64,000 nt of DNA from the human T2T-CHM13v2.0 reference genome, Homo sapiens: the NCBI RefSeq assembly GCF_009914755.1, contig NC_060931.1, one strand, 5' to 3'. The translations under genes and the position numbers were made by a program. The notes beneath the pieces were generated by a model that was not told where the DNA came from, did not search any database, and saw only the letters and a list, made by a program, of their open reading frames with translations. Positions 1 to 14,093 of the stretch are shown here, one piece after another. The stretch's first letter is position 1. Each line of letters begins with the position of its first letter.

Positions 1-690
1 GTGTGTGTAGCATCTAGGTTGTTTTCACCTATTGGCTATTGTGACTAATGCTGCAATGAACATAGGAGTGTAGATATCTTTACAAGGTGGTGATTTCATC
101 TCCTTTGGGTAAACACCCAGAAGAAGGATTGCCAGGTCATATGATAGTTTTACTTTTATTTTCTTTGGGAACCTCCACACTGTTTTGTATAACAGCTGTA
201 CCAAGCTACATTTTTTTTTTTTTTTTTTTTTTGAGACAGAGTCTCACTCTGTTTCCCAGGCTGGACTGCAGTTGTGTGATCTCGGCTCACTACAACCTCT
301 GCCTCCCAGGTTCCAGTGATTCTCCTGCCTCAGCCTCCTGAGTAGCTGGGATTACAGGCGCCCACCACCATGCCTGGCTTATTTTTTGTATTTTTAGTAG
401 AGATGGGGTTTCGTCATGTTGGCCAGGCTGGTCTCGAACTCCTGACCTTAGGTGATCTGCCTGCCTCACCCTCCCAAAGTGCTGGGATTACAGGTGTGAG
501 CCATTGTGCCCAGCCCAATCTACATTTCTATCAACAGTGTACTGGGGTTCTCTTTTCTCCATACTGTCGCAAACATCTGTAATCTTTTGACTTTTTGATA
601 ATGGTTATCCTTATGGGTATGAGATGATATCTCATAGTGGTATTAATTTGCATTTACCTGATGATGAATGATGTTGAGCGCCTTTATATG
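1..690 (-). mobile_element. Old L1 (L1M-type) ORF2 3' fragment interrupted by an Alu
   Basis: Antisense L1 motifs (ctgcaatgaacat..., gagatgatatctcatagtgg...taatttgcattt) continue on both sides of the Alu. Confidence 0.8.
211..515 (-). mobile_element. Alu (AluS-like), full length
   Basis: T22 tail and full antisense Alu. TSD caagctacattt (202-213) / caatctacattt (516-527). Confidence 0.95.
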
Positions 691-3600
691 AGGTTATTTA
701 TAGAATTGAAGAAAGATTCCTCATTCTGAAAAAAAAATTCTTCTGATAATGCAATTTATTCTTGGTGAACTATGTGGAATTGACTTTTTTCACTTTTTTT
801 TTTCCATAGAACTCTTTCAACCTATGGGAGGTAGGGACTTCTGCCCTCCAAGTTTTCATCGTGATTCCAAATGCACTACTGAAGTGGCATTGCTTTCTTT
901 GCTATTAAACATGGGTTTTCTGCTTCTTCTAGAGAGTTCTTTTCCTAATGGAGGTCAGCAAACTGCAAGGCCTAGCAATGATTGATCCCAGTCCCATACA
1001 GCATTTTACAAAGCCAAAGTAACAGCAGCCTGAGCCATGGCACAGTAAAAGTGGTTTTACATTTCCAATGCCTGTCCTAAAGTAGTTTTAGAGGTCAGCA
1101 TTGATCAATAAATCATTCTGATCACATGTATCCTCTCTGGGGGCCCATTAGCTAGTGGTGATGACTTAGTCATCTCACCATCAGCTTCATTAGTCCAGAA
1201 GTCGCTGGGACCACAAGTTCAAATCCCTGTTGAGCTGATGTAGCTCTTGGTCTTCCTGAAGTAGATAAATTGAGCTTCACATAGTTTGTCGTGCAGAGAT
1301 TTCTATGATGCATCATCTGCTCTCCGGTGGCAGTACAAGATCTATGACCCCTTTTTTTAAAAGGAGACAATGCCTGATCCTACCCTAGTAACTTCTCTTT
1401 TCATCTAACTCAAATAAGGCAGATATATGGCTTCTGAAATGATTAGATTCATTAATTTCCTTAAAATGCCATGTCAGGGCAATGATGCCCCTTTGCCAAT
1501 AATCCCATGCCCTTAACTGTGTGAACATTCTGTGAGGGCTTGGTAGAGGGAGGCTTTCAAATCCAGTTCTTCCAAGACTCCAGCAGAGGACTGGAGTCTG
1601 GAAAAAGTAAGGAAGGGGACCGCTGGTAACCCTTTTGAATGACAGTAACAAAATGTCTGTATTTTTTCTGTTTGTGCCTTGTGACTGGTAAGATTATCAG
1701 GATGAGAGTAACATCAGCGTGGCTTATCTTCTTTCTGTAGCCAAGAGGGCTCACGATAGAGAAAAAGGTGATCTGCAGGCCAAGGACATTGTCCACACTG
1801 CCTATTTATGCTTGTATACTCATGCAGTGTTGGAAAATGCAGTGAACCGTGAGTTTTAGTTGGGTAGGGCTTTGTCTGAAACTGGAGTCCAAAAGTATCA
1901 TGAAGATTCTTATCATTGAGATGCTCAGGGTCCTGTAAAAACTCCTCAATAGTCAGTACCTGGTTAATCCTCCTCCAAGAGTTCCTGACAAATCAACCAA
2001 GAGGCCAAATTATCTTCCAGGCTGTGGGTGGATAAGTGACCCCCCAGCTAGTTGTTAGGGACTGGCTGTGGCAGTTATTTATTTTACTGGGCTGGAAAAA
2101 ACCTTTCTGTCCCCAAAGGTTCCTGCTTCTCCTCCTGGCCACTGGAGAGAGATACGAAGGAAGGCTGGTATTAAAGTTCTCTACCCGATCCAAACCTCTC
2201 CTCCCTCGTCCCTGTATTAAGAGGTTTCCCATACCTGTTGGCAGACCCCCATAAAAGGTGGCAAATGGGCAAAGCAGTGAGGGGTGCCAGCCCAAGAAGT
2301 CTGGTCTTCTCCCTGTGGCTGGATCGGCTGAGATTCCTAAGGTCATTCAGTGATTTGCTGCCAGAGTGGAAATCACTCCCTAGGTCCCCTGACTCGGCAT
2401 CCAGCTCTCCATCCATTAGATCGTGAAGCCTCTCACCACCAGCGAGACACACTCAGGACACTTTAATTTCAGAGTTTGATTCTATGTCTATTTTTCAGCT
2501 ATTTGCTGCAACATTCTGGGAAAGTAAGGTTTAAATTTCCTACAATCCAAATCATTTTCTAGTTTACTTATAAGTGATTCTGAAACAGTTGGCCCTGGAA
2601 AGCTGACAACTTGATAAAATGTATCTTTCAAATCAACCTAGTGCTGCCTTTATATATAGTTAAATCATCCAAATCCAGGGTGCCGAGTTAAGAAACGGAG
2701 ATCTTCTGTTCCCAGGCTGCCTGTCACTTTGGGTAAGAAAACACACAGAGTTATGCTCGCTTACGCTTACTCAAGTGAGGTCTCTTGGGAAAGAAATAAG
2801 CACTGGCTTTTGGCAGGTTTATCTGCTTTTAGCCTATAAGAAATGGTTTCTGCGGTGATGTGCGTTGGACAAAGGTGGTTTGGGGAGACTTAGTGTCAAA
2901 ACTAGCAGCCAGTATAATGTTGATGGAGAAAAGATTTTATATATATATATATTATTATGAAGGTTGGAGGGTTGAAGAGCAATACTGAGCATTCAACACC
3001 AATGATGGCAGTTTCTATTGCTTTAAAAAAATAGATTGATCTGTATTTGAACTGATGTGGCATTTATTCATGACAACAAGCTGGGATTGATGTGACATGC
3101 CTTGCATCTCTCTACACCGACCCAGGATCTCAGACATGGTGGCTTTTCTGATTTTGCTACACAATACGATCGCATCCCACCCTTTGGGGGAAAAATGGGG
3201 TCGAGAGCATGAAAAAAATAGGGAGTCATTTCAAAACATCTACATTTATATCCAGAGATTCTAGATGTCAACAGAAGGGTTTTGATGCCTTTTTATTTCA
3301 GGGTAAATCAGTGAAATGAAATCATTATCCTCATACTACTATTGTAGTTAACAATTAATTAAAAGATTAATTAAAAGAAATGAACAGATACACTGATTAA
3401 GCTGATTTTTTTATTTCAACAGCCCAGATAAAGTCGTGGTGCTACTTATTCAGTTTTTTCCCTTCATCTCTGTACGTTGCTTGTTTTTCTAAAGAGTAGG
3501 AATGTAAAAATCAGTACTGTAGTTGAGTCCCTTAACATCCAGGCCAAAGAGTGCAGTACCATGAGAAGCCTTGCGGGCAAAGGGGACGCACTTGGAAAAA

Positions 3601-3989
3601 CAGCCGGGTTGCTGGGAGGGTGAGAGATCAGATGGGTACCCTTGCCACTGGTGTAAACATGGATGACAGCTAATTTAATAAACTCTGCCACCTATAATGT
3701 TCACAAGTAAGTGGTAGGGACACATAAACATCAATAGTAACTGTTAGAAATCTGGCTGTTCACAGTGATAATTAGCTTTAAAAATGGAAGATGATTTAGA
3801 TTTTGAGAAATACTGTTGTAAACACAATGAATAGCATACATTACTCATAGCCTTGTTAGCCAAACATTTCAAAGTACAAACATTAATCTGGTTAAGTCAT
3901 TTAAAATCAAGTTAAAGGGATGTGTTTCCTACTTTCCCCAGTCATTCCCACACTCTGTTGTCTGTCTCCTTGGCCAAGTAGCTGTGCTG

Positions 3990-4210
3990 GGCATCTAAGA
4001 CAGTAGCTGCAGCATGCGCTTTGGAGTAAGGTAGACCTGGGTTTGCTTCCTGCTTCCACTTTGCTTTAGGACCCCGGTATATAAGCTCTCTTGGCCCCAG
4101 CGTGATAATGCCTGTATAAGGCATTTATAGAATTAAATGAGCAAATATACATATAGCTCTTTGCTTAGTTACTAGCACAGCAAGTGCTCCCTTAACAGCA
4201 CTGTTACTGT
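3990..4210 (+). mobile_element. MIR fragment
   Basis: gacctgggttt..., aattaaatgagc..., gcacagcaagtgctc resemble the MIR consensus. Confidence 0.55.
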
Positions 4211-7200
4211 TATGTGCTCATGTGTCTGAGCATTATGTCTAAGTTCATTCACATCTAAGATCCTTAAAGGCAAGGCTTATGCCTTGGTCTTCTCTATAGT
4301 ACTTCCCACATTGCTAATAGTTGATCCGTTTTATTGAAATTAATTGGATTAGAAATTGCAACCGCAGGTAGAACCACTTTCTAGGGTTGATAACCCTGAA
4401 TGAAACATGAATTCATGCTCTTCTTTTGTATATAGGCTCTGTGGGTGAGGGTGGGGCCTCCTAGCCAAGTTGAAAAAAAGATGACAACTGGGGAAGAGAA
4501 TATCACTACTGCAATGAATGTACCGATGACTGCCCTGGCTCAAGGCATAGTAATCTTTCCCTTTATTTACTGTGAATCTAGGCAGAACCCCAGCAAAATG
4601 GAGAAGGTGGCTGTGTTTCTGTAGTAATCCCATGGCCCGGAAATAGTAAAATAGTTCAACATGTGCTGTTCAACTGATACTATGTGCTGATTCATGCTTT
4701 CAGGTTGTAGGACAGTTGGAAATTGTTCAAGAGGGGTGGACCTGTGGAATAAAATGATCCCGGTACACAGGTTCTCCCCTCTCATCCATAAAAGAACCAC
4801 ACCTGAAAGTGAAAGTTGAGTAGTGACTTTCCTCAATGACCAGTGTGGTGGAATGAGGGATAAAGCAATCTCATATCCAAGCAGGCAAAACAAGATCAGA
4901 TTAAAGAAAAAGCATTTGGGGGTTCTGAAAGGAACTGATCAACTTTTAAAAAGAAATAATTCCAAACAAATATTTCTCTTGCTATTACTGAGTTTTTTTG
5001 GGGGGTGGGGGTTGGGGGGGAGTTCAGTCCTAAAGCTTTTTTTTTCTTAGTAATGAGATAGAGCAACCTTATATGAGAGGAAGAAGATGAAGAGGGTGAG
5101 ATGGAAAGGGTATTAAAAATCTTTTTCACTATAGCCAGGATGCCTTGCTTTCCAAACTTGTGTGAAAATTGTGAAAAGTGGTTTTATTTTTGGGAAAAGA
5201 GGGAGGAGCATAAGAGAATGATTTGTTGAAGACCAATCTGGAGGAGTATAATTCCCATTTAGAAAAACTCAACTTGCAAATCATAAGCTCTGAAGTTGCA
5301 AATACCTTTGAAAAACTTTGCTAGCAAATCTACATCAAATGTATCCTGTAGTATTTGTCTTAAACCAGGTTCATGTGTATTGAAATGTTTTACTCTCAAG
5401 ACAACTACATGTTGTGTCAGAGGATGCATAAATAAAAGGCAAACATCCAATTTTATAATTTACATTATAATTCAGTGGTCTTAATTTTTGTTCCCTAAGC
5501 TTTCTGAAAGGAAGATAGACTTGAAAGAGAGAAATTTATTTTTAAAGTTTATCTGTTATTTTAGCATGAAAGTTTTATCTATATATTTTTATATAAAATG
5601 TGTAAATAGCCATATGGCAAACACTATTCAATTAGCCACCCATATTAAACAATGTAATAGTACCTATTGTTGAAGCCCCTGAGGATTCCTTCTTGAGAAA
5701 ATTCCCCTTCCTACTCCCAAAATGTAACTCCTATCCTGAATTTGATGGGTCACATTATTTTTCATATTAAATAGCTGTTAGTTTCCAAAAAATACATATT
5801 AAATACACATTTTGGCTGACAGAGACATAATGACCTAAGAAAATGTCTATATCTCTCTCTAAATGACCAGGTAAAATCCAGATTGTGAGTTTCTTGCCTA
5901 ACACAGGAATGTAGCACCAACAATGAAGGAATGTTTATGCTGTGTCTAAGATTAGTGGATTACAGTATGATCGTAAACATGTATTTTACAAAAGACCATA
6001 TTGACTACAGACCCCCATTAGATCATTTAAGTTAGCTGAATGATCATGAAAGAATTGGGCAAGTGTTCATTGACTTTTGAGGCTTTTCCATTATTCAGTA
6101 GATATTTTGCAATTTCACATGTTTTTTTCCCTTTTAACCCTGTCTCTAGTCTTCATTTCAGCTATGTAGTTTATGTCAGTACTGTGCTTTAGATTAATTG
6201 AGATAATATATAAAAAGAGTTTAGGAAACTATACAGCATGAAATGAATGCTGTTATAATTGCTCCATTACTGAGAAAGCCAGAAATTTGAGAGATACTGC
6301 TTAAAGGGTAATGAAAAAAATCTCAGAGTGGGATTTGCAAACTAACTTTAATACATGGAGGACTTCCTTCTAGATTTTTCGAGTTTTATAGCTGGATGGA
6401 ATCTTCTAGACAGTCATTCATCTTGTTTATTTAAAGATACAAAATTAAGGTATAGAGAAGTTAAACGACTCAAAAGCATGCAAGATCATTCAGGAAGATT
6501 CAAGATGAAAACCAGTGTTCCCAACCCCTCATTCATTGCTCTTCCCTTCCCTGCTTACCTCTTCAGGAAAAGGAAGCTGGGGAGGAATGTCTAGATTTCA
6601 ACCATGCACCACATACGTGCACAAACCTTCACCTAGCATCAAAGTAATGCTTTTGTGTCACTTGGCCTGGCAGGACTGAACAGAATGGTTTTCTTCATGG
6701 TCAAAACTTTAAGGGGAGTTTTCTTTTGTTTCTACTGCAAACAAAATAGTCTCTCTTTTCCTAGTGCCACCAGATATGTCTTTAGAACTTCTTTGTATTT
6801 ATTGTAATCTGTGAATATTGTGTTTTACAGCCTGTAAATTAGATATAGAATTGAATACCGAGGCAGAGCACAGGCTGTTAAAATGTTCAATTCCGGTGGG
6901 GGAACCAGTGAGCAGTTAAGGCCTGGTGCATATAATGTTAATATTACATTAAGTACTATGTTATTGCATGAGATGCTTATTGTTAATGTCTGTGGGGAGG
7001 ATCCGTTCCAAAGATTTCAATTTCAATAAACAGATTACGCAGTTCCACCATACACAATTAGGGAGGTGGTAATGAAATGGTTATAAAGTCCCTTGTGGAT
7101 CTGTCATCTTTTTTTTTAATTTTGTAAATATCATCAGAAGCATTCTAGAGGGAAGTGCTTATGCATTTATTTATTATCGATTTTTTAAAAATACATTTAA

Positions 7201-7744
7201 CATTACTGGTTATTGCAAATCCAGTCTCAGTGAGTTAAAGAAGATAAGCTGTTTCTAGATTATTAAATGCTGAGTGTATAGGGAATTGTGAAGTGGCATC
7301 CTTCATATAAATATATTAAATATTAATAAACAGTGATTGTAAGGAATTAATTTACAGCTACATTTACTTGGCAAATAAAACCGTATTAAGGTTTTGCCCT
7401 TTTGTTGCATGCAATGCATGTTTTAAAGAAACCCCTTTGGCTAATGGTTTGGATGACTGCAAGTGATTCTGTCCTACAGCTGAAATCATGCACAACTGCA
7501 GATAATCAAGTCGGGTTAAACATACATTCTTTCAACAGGCAACGAATTGTTGGAGGTGCAACTTCAATAAACTGACAAAGTTTTGAGGGATCCCTAAATG
7601 GTTAACTGTTATTCCTTCTGGGGCCTATAATAAAGCAGTAAAAATGAATGCTGGATGGTTAGTAGCCGAAATATCTCCTTGGAGTAAGATGTTTAATATA
7701 GCAGACAAAAATTCAGGATGCTAGCCGTTCATTCAGGAAGGCAT

Positions 7745-7965
7745 GCTACAGGCTGAAGAGCAGGGATCTGAAGCAGGCTGTCTGGATTTTATTTTTTCCA
7801 ACTTCAGCAATTCATGTAATTTCTCTGCGCTTTAGTTTCTTCATCTGTAAAATGTGGATAACTATGTTCCATTCTTCCTAGAATGTTGTGATTGAGATTA
7901 AAGGAAACGTATATAGTAAGCACAAAACATAGTATGTTGCTCATAGTACTCAATAATTATTAGTA
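7745..7965 (+). mobile_element. MIR
   Basis: Core tttagtttcttcatctgtaaaatg and tail tagtactcaataattattag. Confidence 0.75.
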
Positions 7966-8125
7966 ATTTTTTAAAAGCATTCGTCATTCACTCCTGAATT
8001 CAGTAAGTGATTATTAAATATTCTAATTGGCAGGATTGAGGATACAGTGTTGAATCGCAGTCCTCAAGTTTCACAGATTTTGCAAAATTTCTAGACATGA
8101 TTGGGAAATGCCAAGGAATTTAGAT

Positions 8126-8950
<825 letters not shown>

Positions 8951-11900
8951 CCATTTCAGATGCCCTCCTCCAGTGTCACATTATTGTTTTTCTATAGGAT
9001 TATGTTCTTGTCTATGTTCTATGTCTTATCTTTCATTGGCAGTTTATAATTACACAAAGATATATAACCGCTTTTTCTTTCTCTGTTTCTTCCCCAATCC
9101 ATTCTTCAGCGCTCATCCAAGAAGAGGTATTAGACAAAAGCTCCCCTGCATCTAAGCACAGTGGAGCACCTGAATATATAATTAACCCAGTCAGAAGTTA
9201 TTGTCCAAAGACTTACACTTTTATAGCTTTGACTACCACATTTAATTTCTATGTAGTCTTTTTAAAGTGTTGAAACGTACACGCATTTCTGCTGGGTAAA
9301 CACATAAGCATATCTAGCTCAATCCAGATAATTATTGCATACCTACTCTGTGCAAAGCACCTCAGGAGAAAATGCATAGAACATATATTAAAATGGGCAT
9401 TATACTAGGTACTGTGGTGGGAAGAGGTAACAAAAAGATGATAATAGATAGTAACAGAAGGGATGTAAAGAGGGTAGGAAGGAAAAGAAAGAAGGGAGGG
9501 AAGAAGTAAATAGGCAAACTGTGTTCTTGAAACTATGAATTTGTCAATGAAACAGAAGAGAAGAGGAAGAAAAGAAAAAAAGGAGAAGGGAAGTGAGGCC
9601 AGAGAAGAGAAAAATATCTACCTAAACCCGTCAGAAAGGAGAAGGTAGACTTGTGACTCTCAACCAGAAAGACACGCCTTCCCAGAATCTTTGGATGGCA
9701 TGGGCAATTTAAATAAGCCAATCCTGAGATTCTGACATAACATGAGAGGGCCGCTATCTTGATTCAGTGTCTCTGATGGTGTGGACAGAAGTGGAATTAC
9801 CAAGGGAGACTGGGAAGTACGAGTTGAAGAACTATCAGCAAACATAGGAGAGGACAGCGTCCCAAGTTGAGAGAGGGTTTCCGAAGGAGGCTGTGGCCAA
9901 TATGGAGCATATGTCATAGAGCTCCTAGCACACAGTGAACACTTACTGAATGCTAGTTATTAAAATAATTTACTAATTCTGTATGGAGCATCCAGTAGAG
10001 GAAGACTGAGAACAGCCAAATGGATTTTATAATTTCAGTAAACCAGTGGTGGAAGGCTTATTTCAGAGCTCTGGTAGGAGCAGTTTACAAGAAGGGTCCC
10101 TCCAGTCCGTCTTGTACTTTTCCGTCCCACAGACACTCTTCTGGTTTCTTCTACTTTAAGGTCTCCAATTAGCCTTTCTGATTGGAGCCTCTGTCCCAGT
10201 CCGCACCTATGATTCTCCTTGTTGCCACTCATCTATGACAAACACCTCAGCTATCAACAAGAGAGGGCCATTCTGTGTGTCATGAGACACTGCTTCTTTA
10301 TTTGTAACTGATATTCATCTAAAACTGACCTCCTGCTTTCCTGCTTCTGGACTTTTGCTCCAGCCTATTCTCATCTCCCTTGGTAGAAACCCTGCCTCTA
10401 CCATCAGCCCTATTTAAAAATCAGCCTATTTCATGAAGACTTTGTTGATTAATTCTTTGGGATTAACTTGCCTCAATATTCTTAGCACTTATAATATTAT
10501 ATCTTGTATGGTAGTTGTGAACTTGTAAATCTCCTTGCTAGATTTAGGACTCTTAAAGGAGTGCCCACGTGTTATAATGTCCAGAGGATAATTTTTGTCA
10601 GTGACTTGCTAAGTGAGAGCATTACCTTTTTTTGGGTGCCTCTTTCAGTGCCAAACACAGTGTTTTGCACATAATAGTTACCTGTTAAATAGATGTTGAA
10701 TTGAGTTCATGGCAGCCGTTGATATCTTTCATTAGCCTTTTAGTTCATATTTTGTGCACAGAGTAGTAGTAAATTCTGATGAAAGTTCTGGGTCAGACTA
10801 TCAGAACTGTGAGAGCCCAGGAGAAGCCAATGCACAAGGGTAAGTACCAGAGAGATTTCCTGTTTCTTAGTTATCTATTCTAATCATCACCCACTCCAGG
10901 CACCACCTATTCCTAACTACAATCTCTTGCCTTCTCTCTTTTCTCCTGTTTGCCTTTTCTTTCCTCTGCTGAGATTCATCTTCACAAATCTTTTTATAGG
11001 GAGATGGTTTAATACCTTCCACTTCATGTAGTACTTTATCTTTTCAGAAAAACATTTACATGCATCTCATTGAAACTGATACGCTACTTGAGTCACTTCC
11101 GTCTGCCTGAAGTATATTTCTTTGTTCTAACTTAGTCTCATTTCTGCAAAGGTCAGTAGAATTGTAGTACTAGAATTTAGTATTTCTCCAGTTTTCAATC
11201 TTCCAAAGACAGCTGTATGACAGATATGTTGGTGTAGGTATTAACCCTGCCAGGCAGATCCAGGCTGGTATCTTTGTTTTATAGATGAGAAAATAGGAGC
11301 CCAGAGAGGTCAAGTGATTTGCTCAAGGTAGCTGACTTCGGAACGGCCCATGTAAACTGATAAGGCATCTTTCAAATCCTCAGACCAAAGCCATATGAGT
11401 ATTGCTTGGCTCATGGCTCTATTGGTCAGTGACAGGCACCTTGTCTCCCCACAATTTTATGATACAAAAGCGGTACTATGCAAATCAGGGAAGAACATCC
11501 GGAGACAGAATAATGAAGAATAAGGGAAAAGAAAAATAGATTATGCAAAACAGGAGGTAGACTGCCCTGCATCTGTTTAAGTACATTTTGCCATGACATT
11601 TAGGGACCAAGAATTGGGTGTCTTCTCATGTGTCGTCATCTTACGTGGTATACTGGCCATCTTCTCCAATGTTTATTTCACCTGCATGGTAGAGTAACGC
11701 TGTCCTTGGATCAGAAAATAAGGCACTTGACCCACCATTCATCATAACACGTGCTTTGGATGTATTTTTCTATTTGTGGGGATGCCTTTCTGCTGATCCA
11801 TTTATAACCTCTCATGGAGTTTCCATGGTGACTAGGAGGCATTTTTATAGGACATGTGGTCAGGGGCTGTGGATAAGACTGTGTCTGTAGAACACAGAGA

Positions 11901-12347
11901 GCCTAAGTGTATGTAGCAGGAGAGAAAAAGAAACTTGGGAAATGAAGCCATGTGATAGAAAAAGAGCTCCAGAGGGAAGATAAGAAGTGTGCAGATAAGA
12001 CTTAGTGAGGAATATTTACAGTAGTTAGGATATTTTAATTTGTATTTTAATTTCTAACAACAGATGCTCTGTAGAAGAGTGGTACACGTTCAGTAAGCAG
12101 GCTTGGTTGCAATGCCAACTTGAGAAGGTTTAACTGGTAGACCTAGTTACTCTATGCCAATAAATACAACAAAGTTTTACATCTTCCAAAACGGTCTATA
12201 GTTTCAACGGAATAGGTCTTAACTTAAATTTCATTCACACAGTGAGGTTTTGTTGTACCTGAATTTTGCTTTTTCCACGATCAGATAGTCTCCATTTAGC
12301 AAGTCAGATAAATCTCCATGATGCAAGTTTGATGTGAGTCCAATGGA

Positions 12348-12615
12348 GCCATATTCCCCAAAGTGTGTTCCTTGGTGGTCCACTTCACCAGGGTGCTCAT
12401 AAGTAACGTGCCAAACTATAGTTCTGTGGACAAAGAAGTTTAGTATAAACAAAGTTAAACACTCTGGCTTTCTCAGAGCCATGATGCCATTATGCTGGTA
12501 AATGTCTAAGTGGGGATAGTACTCAGTATTTCCCAGACATTTTAATAAATAAAACATTTCTTCTACTACCTTAGTATCATTCCGAAAACTGAGTAATTAC
12601 TTGGGTAAATGCTGT
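12348..12615. mobile_element. hAT-Charlie MITE (MER103C-like)
   Basis: Termini ttccccaaagtgtgttcc ... ttgggtaaatgctg. A similar element probably lies at ~15970-16245. Confidence 0.45.
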
Positions 12616-13149
12616 TATAGAGCCTGGGTTTTCTAGGCATCTGTAACATGGTTTGTCATATCATTCTAGGGACGACTGGGGCATGAACAAAGTTAGAACC
12701 TTTTAGCTGTGTGTCTCTACTATTACCCCACACTCTGGAGAATCTCTATCATTCATAGAAGCACCTTGTTTTGCTTTCTGATGTCTGGCTTTAACTCATA
12801 CCAGTATGAATTTAACCCCTTTCTCTTAATCAAAGACAATTTTAAATGCAATGTGTCAAAGAGTATATGATCAGCTAGAATCTGACAGAGAATATCAAGC
12901 CCTGATCTACCTAAGGAAGTTTTGTGGACAATTAATTAGATAATTTCTAAAAATCAAGAAATCATATCTCCCAAGAATCATATCTAACCCATTAGTATTG
13001 ACTCAGAAAATCTGCTTTAATTCTCATGTTTGAATCTCTAGTGGAGCTAAGAAGCTGTCTATTGTAGCTATGAAAATTGTGGAGAAGTTTCTGGAAGTAG
13101 TTTCATGGAAGGAGTAACACAGAGAACACGGCATTATCAAGCATTATCT

Positions 13150-13382
13150 GTAGTGGGAAGTGTTCTGGATGGAGATTCAGAGACTTGGGGGCCTACTCCC
13201 TGCTTTGACACTTATGAGGTGATTTTGACCAAATCCCTTAAAACCTCTTTTGGGACAGCACATTTGGCATCCTGTGGATCTGTCTCTTGCGTCAATAGTG
13301 TTTGGACAGAACAGATCCAGAGACTCTCTATTAAAATAAAAAATAAATAAACCTCTCTTGGTTTCAGTTTCATCTTTAAAAT
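13150..13382 (+). mobile_element. MIR split by the FTL-derived insertion
   Basis: gtgattttgaccaaatcccttaaaacctct resumes after the insert as acctctcttggtttcagtttcatctttaaaat. Confidence 0.65.
13254..13348 (+). pseudogene. Mini-retrocopy of the ferritin light chain (FTL) mRNA 5' end / iron-responsive element, with A-tail
   Basis: tcctgtggatctgtctcttgcgtcaatagtgtttggacagaacagatccagagactctct closely matches the recalled FTL 5'UTR (TCCCGCGGGTCTGTCTCTTGCTTCAACAGTGTTTGGACGGAACAGATCCGGGGACTCTCT), with several differences explained by CpG decay. A-rich tail at 13330-13348. TSD aaacctcttttgg (13241-53) / aaacctctcttgg (13349-61). TT/AAAA L1 endonuclease site. Confidence 0.88.
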
Positions 13383-13394
13383 TTAACGGTTAAA

Positions 13395-13985
13395 GCAATT
13401 TCACTACTGGATATATTTCCAAAGGAAATGAAATCAGTATGTTGAAGAGATGTCTGCACTCCCATGTTCATTGTAGCACTATTTACAATAGATCAGAAAT
13501 GGAAACAACTAGGTGTCCATCAGTGGATGAATGGATAAAGAAAATGTGGTACAGATACACAACGGAATACTATTCAGCCTTAAAAAAGCAGGAAATCTTG
13601 TCATTTGTAACAGCATGCATGAACCAGAGGGACAATATGTTAAAAGAAATAAGCCAGGTGCAGGTTACCAGAGGCTGGGAGAGGGATGAAGTCCGGGGAG
13701 AAGGGGAGATGTTGTTCAAAGGATACAAAATTCCAGTTAGGCAGGAGAAGTAAGTTCAAGAGATCTACTATAAATCATGGTGACCATAGTTAATAATGAT
13801 GCATTGTATACTTGAAAATTGCTAAGAGGGTAAATTTTTAAGAGCTCTTACCACAAAAAAGTTAACTATAATGTGTACATTCATTATCTTGAATTAGCCA
13901 TTCCGCAATGTATACATATTTCAAAACATGTTGTATATATTTATGATATCATAAATTTTATTTGTCAATTAAAAAATAAATAATA
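13395..13985 (+). mobile_element. L1MA-type 3' end (ORF2 C-terminus remnant plus 3'UTR)
   Basis: ORF 13439..13753 contains CPSVDEWIKKMWY...EYYSALKK (L1 ORF2 C-terminus). L1MA 3'UTR follows and ends tttgtcaattaaaaaataaa. Confidence 0.85.
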
Positions 13986-14093
13986 GTAAGTTTCAAACAT
14001 AGCAGTTAAACCATCGATTTTTTTTTTACCGTCTTTTCCTTCCTACATCCATGCTTTTCAAATGAAATCATTTCTATAAAGTAGATAAAAGCA

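Noticed and set aside
10762-10839. Possible 78-nt cassette exon (cacAG ... GG|GTAAGT)
   Set aside because: Weak pyrimidine tract and no coding signal. Such pairs are expected by chance in >50 kb of intron.
13275-13319. IRE hairpin as functional iron control of POU6F2 translation
   Set aside because: It is deep intronic, IRP control acts on cytoplasmic mRNA, and the loop and upper stem are mutated. It is kept only as a retroposition finding.
13439-13753. 104-aa ORF with WIKKMWY motif
   Set aside because: Decayed L1 ORF2 C-terminus, not a host gene.
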